Positions 1 to 8,260 of a DNA stretch of 19,054 nucleotides are shown one piece after another (the first letter of the stretch is position 1; each line of letters starts with the position of its first letter). Both the position numbers and the translations under genes were made by a program. Location of the stretch: the NCBI GenBank assembly GCA_046290225.1, contig JBKAGE010000068.1, positions 1-19,054 on the forward strand, written 5' to 3'. Origin of the DNA: Bradymonadia bacterium. GTDB lineage: Bacteria; Myxococcota_A; Bradymonadia; UBA7976; UBA1532. Below the pieces are notes generated by a model, which saw only the letters and a program-made list of their open reading frames with translations, was not told the origin of the DNA and did not search any database.

Positions 1-201
1 GGCCCCCATCCGTACGCTGTTCCCCACCGTCACACCTGCAGGCACCACAGACCCGGCGCCAATCACCGTGCTGTTTCCCACACTCCCGTTCACCGTCGCA
101 CCGTCGCCGATGCTCGCGTACGTCCCAATCGATGCACCCGCACCGATGATCAGGTTGCTCCCCAGCGTCGCCGTCTCCGGGATGTTCGCCAGCGGGCTCA
201 C
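1..201 (-). repeat. Hexapeptide repeat region (left-handed beta-helix), continues beyond the window
   Basis: VSPLAN IPETAT LGSNLI IGAGAS IGTYAS IGDGAT VNGS VGNSTV IGAGSV VPAGVT VGNSVR MGA: [LIV]-G-x4 periodicity. Confidence 0.8.
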
Positions 202-936
202 GCAGGCATCACCGTAAGTGTCACCGTTGTCATCCGTCTGATCGCCGTTGGCGATGGTGGGGCAGTTGTCCACGTCACCACAGACACCGTCGCCATCAAC
301 ATCATTGGCGGCGTCGGCGGGGCAGGCGTCACAGACATCACCAAGGCCGTCAGCATCACCATCAGCCTGATCAGCGTTGGCGCCATTGGGGCAGTTGTCC
401 ACATCATCGTTCACCCCGTCACCATCGGCGTCGGGGTTGGCGTTGGCGAAGAACATGACCTCGCGGATCTGACAACGGTGGTTGGCGAACTGAGCCTCGA
501 TGACGAACAGGCGAATCGCCCGCACACCTGCCACAGGGGCAAAGTTCGCCTCGACGGTGCTGGGGCCGTTGTCGACGGTGAACCCGCTCAAGTAGCTGAT
601 GCGGTTGCCCTGGCCATCGAGCATCTCAAGATCGAAGCGCTCGACCCCATCGTCATCAGAGCCAAAGTCGTTGTAGAGCCGAATCGACGACACCTCGACG
701 GCGCTGTTGAAGGTGAACTCGAAGTACTCCACTCCAGGGTCGATGTTCTGGAAGAACGAGCCACCAGAGCTCTCATTGAGATCACCGTTGATGAGGTTGC
801 CCGGCGTACCCGTAATGCCAGGAGCGGTCACTCCATCAGGGGTGGTCCACTGTGCCTGAGCGTTGGCAGCAGTCGAAAGGCCGGCGGTCAGCGCAACAGC
901 ACTGACTGCGGTGAGAATTCGATTCCGAATCCGCAT
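1..936 (-). CDS. Exported multidomain protein, runs off the left edge: Sec signal peptide + discoidin/F5-8C-like beta-sandwich + thrombospondin type-3 repeats + hexapeptide (left-handed beta-helix) repeats
   Basis: Hand-translated; absent from the ORF track because there is no stop in the window. ATG at 936 has GGAG upstream (alternative in-frame ATG at 960), and the frame is open for 312 codons to base 1. It begins MRIRNRILTAVSAVALTAGLSTAANAQAQW (basic n-region, hydrophobic core, AxA), then ...EYFEFTFNSAVEVSSIRLYND...VRAIRLFV...CQIREVMFF (discoidin-like), DADGDGVNDDVDNCPNGANADQADGDADGLGDVCD (TSP3) and LGSNLI-IGAGAS-IGTYAS-IGDGAT (hexapeptide). Confidence 0.88.
   Translation of the reverse strand, partial: MRIRNRILTAVSAVALTAGLSTAANAQAQWTTPDGVTAPGITGTPGNLINGDLNESSGGSFFQNIDPGVEYFEFTFNSAVEVSSIRLYNDFGSDDDGVERFDLEMLDGQGNRISYLSGFTVDNGPSTVEANFAPVAGVRAIRLFVIEAQFANHRCQIREVMFFANANPDADGDGVNDDVDNCPNGANADQADGDADGLGDVCDACPADAANDVDGDGVCGDVDNCPTIANGDQTDDNGDTYGDACVSPLANIPETATLGSNLIIGAGASIGTYASIGDGATVNGSVGNSTVIGAGSVVPAGVTVGNSVRMGA
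202..432 (-). repeat. Thrombospondin type-3 (Ca2+-binding) repeats
   Basis: Two DxDGDGV..DVDNCP..AN.DQ.D...D..GD.C units. An exact 16-nt DNA repeat tggggcagttgtccac occurs at 258-273 and 387-402, 43 codons apart. Confidence 0.9.
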
Positions 937-1063
937 GAGAGACTCCAGGGGTGTCGTCATGCGGTAGAGGATATCGATGATGTGTTACGAATACCACCCC
1001 TGATTACTCAGGCGCACACTTCGCACACAATGGGTCAGAGTATGTGATGTCGGGGCTGGACGA

Positions 1064-2422
1064 TCAGACCGGGAGGGGCTTGCCGCGGCCGATGGCGTAG
1101 TAGGTGTAGCCACGGGCTTCGAGGCGATCGGGATCGTAGAGGTTACGACCGTCGAAGATGAGCTTCTCTTTGAGCTGGGTGGCCATCTGATCGAAGTCGG
1201 GGCGGCGGAAGGCGCTCCACTCGGTGCAGATGATCAGCGCATCGGAGCCATCGAGGCAGTCATAGTTGCCCTCGCAGTAGGTGATGCGATCGCCGAAGTA
1301 GTGCTCTCGGGCGTTTTCGGCAGCCTCGGGATCGTAGGCCTTCACCTGGGCGCCGGCCTCGAGCAGGCCGTTGATGAGCTCGATGCTCGGGGCCTCGCGC
1401 ATGTCGTCGGTGCGAGGCTTGAAGGCCAGGCCCCACACGGCGAAGGTCTTGCCGCTGAGATCCTCGGTGTCGTAGTGGGCCTTCACCTTGCGCAGCAAGA
1501 TGCGCTTCTGGTCCATGTTCACGGCGTCGACAGCGTCGAGGATGCGCAGACCATGACCACGGGTCTCGCCGGTGTAGCGCAGGGCCTTCACGTCCTTGGG
1601 GAAGCAGCTGCCGCCGTAGCCGGTGCCGGGGAACAGGAACTGGTAGCCGATGCGAGGATCGGAGCCGATGCCGGTGCGCACCTTCTCGATGTCGGCGCCG
1701 ACGCGCTCGGCGAGGTTGGCCAGATCGTTCATGAAGCTGATCTTGGTGGCCAGCAGGGCGTTGGCAGCGTACTTCGTCAGCTCGCTGGAGTAGACATCCA
1801 TGAAGTGCATGCGATCGCGGGTGCGGCAGAAAGGCTCGTAGAGCTCGTGCAGCACGGTGCGGGCCTTCTCGCCCTCTTCGCTGTCGGGGGTGCCGATGAT
1901 GATGCGATCGGGCTTGAGGAAGTCGTTGACGGCGTCACCCTCTTTGAGGAACTCGGGGTTCGAGCACACGGCGAAGGGCACCTTGGCCTCTTCACTGATG
2001 AGGGCCTTCACCCGCTCCGAGGTGCCCACGGGCACGGTGGACTTGGTGAGCACCACCTTGATGCCATCGGTGAGCACGTTCTCGCCGCCACCGAGGGTCT
2101 TGCCGATGGTCCGAGCCACGGTCTCGACGAACTTCATCTCGGCGCTGCCGTCGTCGCCCTGGGGGGTGCCCACGGCGATGAAGATGACCGCCCCTTCGCG
2201 GATGGCCTGCTCCACGTTGGTGGTGAAGGTCAGCCGCTCGGCCTCCTGGTTCCGGCGCACGATGTCCGAGAGCCCGGGCTCGAAGAAGGGCACTACGCTC
2301 TCTCGCAGACTCTCTACTTTTTTCTCGTCTACGTCTGCACAGACAACATGATTACCGCTGTCTGCGAGGCAGGCCCCCACCACCAGACCAACATAGCCAC
2401 TGCCGATGACCGTAACCCGCAT
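1064..2422 (-). CDS. ugd: UDP-glucose 6-dehydrogenase (UDP-glucose/GDP-mannose dehydrogenase family)
   Basis: MRVTVIGSGYVG (Rossmann GxGxxG), FIAVGTP, KSTVPVGT, NPEFLKEG, catalytic GYGGSCFPKD, WGLAFKPRTDDMREAPS, DGRNLY. Start moved from 2524 to ATG 2422 because AGAGG precedes it and family similarity begins there. Confidence 0.95.
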   Translation of the reverse strand: MRVTVIGSGYVGLVVGACLADSGNHVVCADVDEKKVESLRESVVPFFEPGLSDIVRRNQEAERLTFTTNVEQAIREGAVIFIAVGTPQGDDGSAEMKFVETVARTIGKTLGGGENVLTDGIKVVLTKSTVPVGTSERVKALISEEAKVPFAVCSNPEFLKEGDAVNDFLKPDRIIIGTPDSEEGEKARTVLHELYEPFCRTRDRMHFMDVYSSELTKYAANALLATKISFMNDLANLAERVGADIEKVRTGIGSDPRIGYQFLFPGTGYGGSCFPKDVKALRYTGETRGHGLRILDAVDAVNMDQKRILLRKVKAHYDTEDLSGKTFAVWGLAFKPRTDDMREAPSIELINGLLEAGAQVKAYDPEAAENAREHYFGDRITYCEGNYDCLDGSDALIICTEWSAFRRPDFDQMATQLKEKLIFDGRNLYDPDRLEARGYTYYAIGRGKPLPV

Positions 2423-2479
2423 GTTCATTCCTCTCTGTTTGACGTCGCACCGCACTATGTAGGACAGAAGGTGCCTTGG

Positions 2480-2509
2480 CGCAATGTGTCCGATCGCAAT
2501 GCGTCCGAT
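2480..2509. repeat. 15-bp tandem direct repeat in the ugd/lysC divergent intergenic region
   Basis: cgcaatgtgtccgat (2480-2494) is followed directly by cgcaatgcgtccgat (2495-2509), 14/15 identical. Confidence 0.8.
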
Positions 2510-2562
2510 CTGACCCATGGCCATATCGGCACGGGTCGCTGGCTCGATGAGGTGATCTCGAC

Positions 2563-3744
2563 GTGTCGATCATCGTTCAAAAATACGGGGGCAGCTCGGT
2601 GGCCACACCGGCCCACATCCGCCGAGTGGCCCGCAGAGTGGTGGAGACCCGCCAGCGAGGCCACGACGTGGTGGTGGTGGTCTCGGCCATGGGCAACACC
2701 ACCAACGATCTGCTCGATCTGGCGGGCTCGGTCTCCGACAACCCTCACCGCCGAGAGCTCGACATGCTGGTCACCGTGGGGGAGCGCATCTCCATGGCCC
2801 TGCTGTCGATGGCGATCCACGATCTGGGGCACCCGGCGGTGTCGTTCACAGGATCCCAGAGCGGCATCATCACCACCGACGCCCACACCCACGCCCGCAT
2901 CGTGAAGGTGAAGCCCGATCGCGTACGACAGGCGCTCTCTACGGGGCAAATCGTCATCGTGGCGGGCTTCCAGGGGGTGAGCGAGCGCCTGGAGATCACC
3001 AGCCTGGGCCGTGGAGGCACTGACGCCACTGCAGTGGCCATGGCAGCGGCCCTCGGCGCCGAGTGTGCCGAGATCTGCTCCGATGTCGACGGGGTGTACT
3101 CCGCTGATCCACGGGTGGTGCCTGAGGCTCGCAAGCTCGACGAGATCGGCTACGCCGAGATGCAGACCCTTGCCGACGCCGGAGCCAAGGTGCTCCATGC
3201 CGAAGCAGTGGAGTGGGCCCGACGAGAAGGCATCGACGTGCACTGCGTGGCCACCGACGATCCACACCGAGCGGGCACAAGGGTAGGGCCTACCCCCGAA
3301 GCGCCTGATCAGCGCGTGGTCGCGGTGACCCATCACAAGGCGATGTTCCACTTGGAGCCCGAGGTGGCAGGGCAACCTGCGCCCCATGGCCTGCCGGCGC
3401 TGCTGGCTGCTCACGGGGCTTCGGGGTCGGAACTCTGGATGCTGCCCATGGGATGGGCGGCGGCGGTGCCCCAACAAAACGTGCATGGGGTCGAGGCCTT
3501 CGAAGAGGCCCTTGACCGTCTCGGTGGCATCCGGGTCAGGCGAGATTTGACCTGGATCACCGTGGTTGGGCGAAAGCTCACGGCCCCCCCCGGGTTGGGT
3601 CAGAGGGCGGTCCGTTGCCTGGAGCTGAAGCAGGTACCCATCCGCGGCACCCTCGTGGATCCCGGCCGGTTGAGGTTCCTCGTCGATCAGGCCCACGCCA
3701 CAACAGCCGTGCAAGCCCTTCATCGTACCCTCATCGAGGGATAG
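2563..3744 (+). CDS. lysC: Aspartate kinase with divergent C-terminal ACT-like domains
   Basis: [73 protein letters not shown] start preceded by GAGGTG. Confidence 0.92.
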   Translation: MSIIVQKYGGSSVATPAHIRRVARRVVETRQRGHDVVVVVSAMGNTTNDLLDLAGSVSDNPHRRELDMLVTVGERISMALLSMAIHDLGHPAVSFTGSQSGIITTDAHTHARIVKVKPDRVRQALSTGQIVIVAGFQGVSERLEITSLGRGGTDATAVAMAAALGAECAEICSDVDGVYSADPRVVPEARKLDEIGYAEMQTLADAGAKVLHAEAVEWARREGIDVHCVATDDPHRAGTRVGPTPEAPDQRVVAVTHHKAMFHLEPEVAGQPAPHGLPALLAAHGASGSELWMLPMGWAAAVPQQNVHGVEAFEEALDRLGGIRVRRDLTWITVVGRKLTAPPGLGQRAVRCLELKQVPIRGTLVDPGRLRFLVDQAHATTAVQALHRTLIEG

Positions 3745-3827
3745 CGACGGTGACCCTGCCGATTTAACTCCTCTTTGTTCGTTGCCGATTCAACGCAGGT
3801 AACGATGCACGCGCTGAGGGGTATCCA

Positions 3828-4931
3828 ATGAGTCGCATCCTGGTCATCGAGGACGAAGAGGAGCTGAGGGAGCTGATCGCTCAGTTCCTGCAATTTCACG
3901 ATCACGACGTATCCACGGCAGAGCATGGTCTCGCCGGTTTGGAGGCGGCACGTTCGACCCGGCCCGACTTGATCATCTCTGATGTGATGATGCCCAAGAT
4001 GGACGGCTTCGAGGTCCTCGAAGCCCTCAGGGAAGATCAAGAGACGGCGGACATCCCCTTCTTGTTTCTCACCGCCAAGGCAGATCGTCAGGACATGCGC
4101 CGGGGCATGGAGCTCGGCGCAGATGACTATCTGACCAAGCCATTCGAAGCCCTCGAGCTGATCGAGGCCGTCGACCGTCGCCTGGCACGCCACGAATCCT
4201 TCAAATCGCGACAGCAGGAAGCCATCGACACCCTGCACCACGATCTGTCGCGCATGTTGCCCCACGAGCTGCGCACACCGCTCTCGGCCATTTTGGGGTA
4301 TGGCCGCATGCTCAGAGACGAGTGGACGGCCTTCACGCCTCAAGAGATCAGGCGCATGCTCGACGACATCTGCGCCGCCGGCGCACGACTGGAGCGTCTC
4401 TCGGAGAACTACAGTGTCTATGCTGGCCTGCTCACCGAGCGCAACGAAGCCATCTCGCCGGTGAGCACCCCACTCGAGCACGAGGCGGCCTGCAGCATGG
4501 CCCGGCTCGTCGTCGAGCGCCTCACCTTCGGCACTGACCGTGCCGCAGACGTCTCCGTAGAGCTGAGCCCAGGGGTGATCCCCATGGAGTCCAGCCGATT
4601 CACCCGAATGCTCACCGAGCTCCTGGACAACGCCCTGAAGTTCTCCACGGCCGGTGATCCAGTGCAGGTGGCCGGCTCACCTGACGGAGAAGGCTACCGC
4701 CTCGAGATCGTCGATCACGGTCAGGGCATGTCCGCCGACCAAATCGCCCGAACAGGCGGGTTCAAGCAGTTCGATCGCGACGCCCAGGAGCAGCAAGGCA
4801 CTGGCCTCGGCTTGGCCATCGCCCGAATGCTCGCCGAGCGCACAGGTGGCTGGTTGCACCTCGTGCCCCCTGAAGCCCCTGCCGACCGAGGGCTCCGCGT
4901 AGAGATCCAGCTGGGCCCCCAAGCCCAGTGA
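3828..4931 (+). CDS. Hybrid response regulator/histidine kinase (REC-HisKA-HATPase)
   Basis: REC: ILVIEDE, LIISDVMMPKMDG, FLTAK, GADDYLTKPF. H-box PHELRTPL, N-box LLDNALKFS, G1 DHGQGM, G2 GTGLGL. Confidence 0.92.
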   Translation: MSRILVIEDEEELRELIAQFLQFHDHDVSTAEHGLAGLEAARSTRPDLIISDVMMPKMDGFEVLEALREDQETADIPFLFLTAKADRQDMRRGMELGADDYLTKPFEALELIEAVDRRLARHESFKSRQQEAIDTLHHDLSRMLPHELRTPLSAILGYGRMLRDEWTAFTPQEIRRMLDDICAAGARLERLSENYSVYAGLLTERNEAISPVSTPLEHEAACSMARLVVERLTFGTDRAADVSVELSPGVIPMESSRFTRMLTELLDNALKFSTAGDPVQVAGSPDGEGYRLEIVDHGQGMSADQIARTGGFKQFDRDAQEQQGTGLGLAIARMLAERTGGWLHLVPPEAPADRGLRVEIQLGPQAQ

Positions 4932-7849
4932 GCGAGCAACCCCACAGCGCCCTCGCAGCCATCGAAGGGCAGTTGCGGGCGATCCTGGAGGCCTCTCACG
5001 AGGGACTGGCCCTCATCAGCCCCGACATGAAGGTGGTCAACACCAACGCCCGATGCATCGATCTCGTGGCGCACATGTTCGGCGTACGTCTGTCTACCGG
5101 TGACAGCCTCGATGTACTGGTCCGCCCCAACCGATGGTCCAACCTCTCGTATGCCATTCAACGTGCGCTCAAAGGGGAGCAGATCAGTTATTGCCGGCCG
5201 GGGTTGTGTACCCCTGGCAGCTGGCTGCGTCTCACCCTGACACCCGTGAAGAGCGGCGGTGAAGTGCAAGGCCTCGTGGTGGGCCTGCAAGACATCACCG
5301 AGCATCGAGCGGCCGAGCAGGAGAGCATGCGTCGAATGGCGTTGCAGCGCGGCCTGAGCAGCTTGAGTGAGCTGGCCCTGCGGGCAGAGTCGGTGACATA
5401 TGTCTGCTGGAAGGCTCTGGAGATCTTGAGAGATTCGGCCACGGGGCCGCTGTTGTGCGATCTGCGGCTGCACGAGAGCACGCTGAGCAGCCAGATGTTG
5501 CGTATGAGCGACGACGGCCTGCCCATGCTCCACAGCCACGATGAAACACAGCTCAAACTCAGCGAGTCATTGATGTCTCTGCTGAGTCAACCACCAGAGG
5601 ACGACACCCCATTGCGCGCGGCTGGCCCCGCGTGGCCTGCGGAGTGGCAGGGTACCTGTGGCCACCTCGTGCTCATCGGGAACTCTGGTCAACAGCTGGG
5701 CACACTCTGGGTCGGCTACGCTGATGGCCAGACAGTGGATGCAGCTGTGGTGGAGACTGTGCAGTCGATGTGTCACCTCATCGCCTCGGCCTTCTCCCGG
5801 ATCAAGAGCCTCGATGCCCTCACCGAGAGCGAGCAGGTGCTCCATGACGCTCAACGCGCTGGGCAAATCGGGAGCTACTCCTTTGATTTGCTCACTCAGA
5901 GCCTGAAGTGGACCGAGGAGACACACCGCCTCTTCGAGATGCCCTCTGCGTTGGGGCAGCCCACGGTGGAATCGTACCTCTCTCGTTGCCATCCAGAAGA
6001 TCTACCAGACCTGCAACAGGCCTGGCAGGGATCTCTCAAGACAGGCAAGGCCTTCGAGATCGAACACCGAATCATCCTGCCTGGGGGCCGTCTGCGCTGG
6101 CTGCAGTGCACTGGGCGCCCGGTCTGCTCTCACGATGGTGAGATCGTGAGGCTCGCGGGCACGGCCCTCGACATCACCGAGCGCAAGCAAACGGAGCTCG
6201 AGCTCGCCGCTCACCGCAACCGCCTGGCCCACCTGGTCGAGCAGCGCACGACGGATCTGAGCGTGGCCAACGAGGCCCTGCGCGAGAGTCAGCAGTTCCT
6301 CGAACGCCTCACCTCGAACACGCCCAACACATTGCTGGCGTACGATCTGGTCACAGATCAGCCCATCTTCGTGAACGCCCGTGTGGAGCAGATGACCGGG
6401 TATGCACCCGTTGAGATCATCGCCATGGGTCGAGATATGATGTCTCGCCTGATCCACCCGAGAGATCTCGAAGAGGCTCAAGTGGCCCTGAGCCGCATCG
6501 CCACCTCGATGCCGGGGGAAACATTCCAGTTCGAAGCCCGCATCAACACACGAGATGGCGGCCAACGCTGGTGGCGCGTATTCCTGACCGTGCTCGAGCA
6601 CGACGCATCAGGGCAACCCACTCAGGCGCTCTACACCTGTCAGGACGTCACCGCACACAAGGCCGCAGAGCAGGCGCTGATGGAGAGCGAGGCCCTGCTG
6701 GCCGAGTCGCAGACGGTGGCTCAAGTGGGCTCGATTCTCTACGACTACAGCAAGGGCATCGAGCGCATGTCTCCCCAGGCATTGCGCATTTACGGGCTCA
6801 ATGATCCGACTCGCCGGTACCAGACCCAACATCTGACAGAGCGGATTCTGCCGGATGATCTGGAGCGGCTCAGTGAACACGTCAAAGAGGCAGCCCGCGC
6901 ACAGAAGTCGGGCTACTCGATGGAGTACCGGATCCGGCGAACTGATGGTGCGATCCGCTGGATCTATGGCTGCGGCCGCTTTGAACGCGGCACTTCGGGC
7001 ATGCCCGAGCGGCTCTTCGCCACAGTGCAGGACATCACCGAGCGCAAGGAGATGGAAGAGAAGCTGCGCTCGGCCCTCGCCCGACAGACGGAGCTGAGCG
7101 AGCTGAAGACCCGCTTCGTGTCGATGGTCTCTCACGAGTTCCGCACCCCGCTGGCGACGATCCAGGGGGCGGCACAGATGATCGATCTCTATGGGCACCG
7201 TCTCAACGCCGAGGCCACTAAGAAACAGCTGGGGACGATCCAACGCAACACCCGGGAGATGACCGCCCTGCTCGAAGATGTGCTGATGCTCGGCCGAGCA
7301 GAGTCGGGCAACCTGCGCTTCAACCCCTCGGAGATGATCGTCGGCGATGAGATCCGCAGCTTCATCGAAGAGTTCTCGATGGGCCTGGAGACTCAACACC
7401 GTATCGAGCTGAGGGAGAAGGAGCGCCCCATCAAGGCCCGCGTCGACTTCACCTTGTTCCGCCACATCTTGGGCAATCTGCTCACGAATGCAGTGAAGTA
7501 CTCACCAGATGCTCGCCAAATCGACATCTGTGTCCGCAAGCTGCACGATCCCGAGCTGGGTGTAGATGGCGGCTTCTCCCTGGAGGTGACCGACCATGGC
7601 ATCGGGATCCCCGAGGCAGATTTGAGCCGCCTCTTCGAACCGTTCCACCGTGCGGAGAACGTGGGCACCATCCGGGGCACTGGCTTGGGGCTGTGCGTGC
7701 TCCACCACGCTGTGGAGCAGCACGGTGGTCACATCGACGTGGTCAGCAAGGTGGGCCATGGCACCACCTTCTCGGTCAGATTGCCGCTCACGCCCGCAAT
7801 GCAGCCCACGTTCAGCCCCTCGAACTGGGGCGATCGCACGTTCGGCTGA
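4928..7849 (+). CDS. Soluble multi-PAS (about 4 PAS/PAC plus a possible GAF-like domain) sensor histidine kinase
   Basis: PAC ends QDITEHR, LDITERK, QDVTAHK, QDITERK; HPEDL and HPRDL motifs; H-box SHEFRTPL, N-box NLLTNAVKYS, DHGIGIP, FEPFHR, GTGLGL. No obvious TM helix. The GTG start overlaps the upstream TGA (GTGA). Confidence 0.93.
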   Translation: MSEQPHSALAAIEGQLRAILEASHEGLALISPDMKVVNTNARCIDLVAHMFGVRLSTGDSLDVLVRPNRWSNLSYAIQRALKGEQISYCRPGLCTPGSWLRLTLTPVKSGGEVQGLVVGLQDITEHRAAEQESMRRMALQRGLSSLSELALRAESVTYVCWKALEILRDSATGPLLCDLRLHESTLSSQMLRMSDDGLPMLHSHDETQLKLSESLMSLLSQPPEDDTPLRAAGPAWPAEWQGTCGHLVLIGNSGQQLGTLWVGYADGQTVDAAVVETVQSMCHLIASAFSRIKSLDALTESEQVLHDAQRAGQIGSYSFDLLTQSLKWTEETHRLFEMPSALGQPTVESYLSRCHPEDLPDLQQAWQGSLKTGKAFEIEHRIILPGGRLRWLQCTGRPVCSHDGEIVRLAGTALDITERKQTELELAAHRNRLAHLVEQRTTDLSVANEALRESQQFLERLTSNTPNTLLAYDLVTDQPIFVNARVEQMTGYAPVEIIAMGRDMMSRLIHPRDLEEAQVALSRIATSMPGETFQFEARINTRDGGQRWWRVFLTVLEHDASGQPTQALYTCQDVTAHKAAEQALMESEALLAESQTVAQVGSILYDYSKGIERMSPQALRIYGLNDPTRRYQTQHLTERILPDDLERLSEHVKEAARAQKSGYSMEYRIRRTDGAIRWIYGCGRFERGTSGMPERLFATVQDITERKEMEEKLRSALARQTELSELKTRFVSMVSHEFRTPLATIQGAAQMIDLYGHRLNAEATKKQLGTIQRNTREMTALLEDVLMLGRAESGNLRFNPSEMIVGDEIRSFIEEFSMGLETQHRIELREKERPIKARVDFTLFRHILGNLLTNAVKYSPDARQIDICVRKLHDPELGVDGGFSLEVTDHGIGIPEADLSRLFEPFHRAENVGTIRGTGLGLCVLHHAVEQHGGHIDVVSKVGHGTTFSVRLPLTPAMQPTFSPSNWGDRTFG

Positions 7850-7867
7850 TCTGGGGATCGCGCCTGG

Positions 7868-8260
7868 TCAGCGCCCCTCGTACCCGGCGATCTCGCCGAT
7901 CACCTTTTCCCAGTTGCGACCGTCGAAGGGGCGGATGGTGAAGGTCTCGTAGATCTCGGGGCCAAGGCTGCGCAGATTGACGCTCACCCCGTCAGGATGG
8001 CTGCGAGGTGTATAGAAAGCTTGCACACCACACCGGTCACAGAAAGTGTGCTGCGCCACCCCGGTGTTGAAGGTGTACGTGGTGAGCCGCTCAGCGCCCT
8101 GCAACAACCGGAACCGGTCTTTGGGCACGATGACGTGTACGAAGCCCTTCTGAAAACACAGCGAGCAGTTGCACGCGTCGGCCACTCGCTGGCCCACGTC
8201 GACCTCGAACTTCACCGCGCCGCAATGGCACTGACCTGAGAAAGTCTCGAGTGTGCTCAT
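7868..8260 (-). CDS. GFA / CENP-V family Zn-binding protein
   Basis: GQCHCGAVKF, CNCSLC, HTFCDRCG, YTPRSHPDGVSVN, FDGRNWE. Confidence 0.92.
   Translation of the reverse strand: MSTLETFSGQCHCGAVKFEVDVGQRVADACNCSLCFQKGFVHVIVPKDRFRLLQGAERLTTYTFNTGVAQHTFCDRCGVQAFYTPRSHPDGVSVNLRSLGPEIYETFTIRPFDGRNWEKVIGEIAGYEGR

Noticed and set aside
202..432. Spaced DNA repeats as a possible CRISPR array
   Set aside because: There are only two exact copies, in frame, fully explained by TSP3 protein repeats. No array was seen anywhere in the window.
999..1028. CCTGA-ttac-TCAGG palindrome and cgcacac duplication between ugd and the TSP3 gene
   Set aside because: These 5-7 bp elements are within chance expectation and have no supporting second copy.
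478..1047. 189-aa plus-strand ORF (and the short minus ORFs 198..407 and 588..785)
   Set aside because: These are shadows of the real minus-strand gene 1..936, which has a signal peptide, an RBS and recognisable domains.
2290..2422. Lower GC and A-ending codons at the 5' end of ugd
   Set aside because: The stretch is short and confined to the first ~45 codons, consistent with the usual low-structure translation-initiation ramp rather than recombination.
2423..2562. Lysine riboswitch upstream of the aspartokinase
   Set aside because: The 140-bp gap is shared with the divergent ugd promoter, is too short for an L-box aptamer plus expression platform, and has no terminator U-tract.
1301..2905. 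534-aa plus-strand ORF and other long antisense ORFs (2455..3723, 3720..4481, 4721..5539, 6608..7465, 9361..10305, 10306..10947)
   Set aside because: They are antisense or off-frame shadows of well-supported genes, expected from high-GC codon bias, and contain no recognisable motifs.
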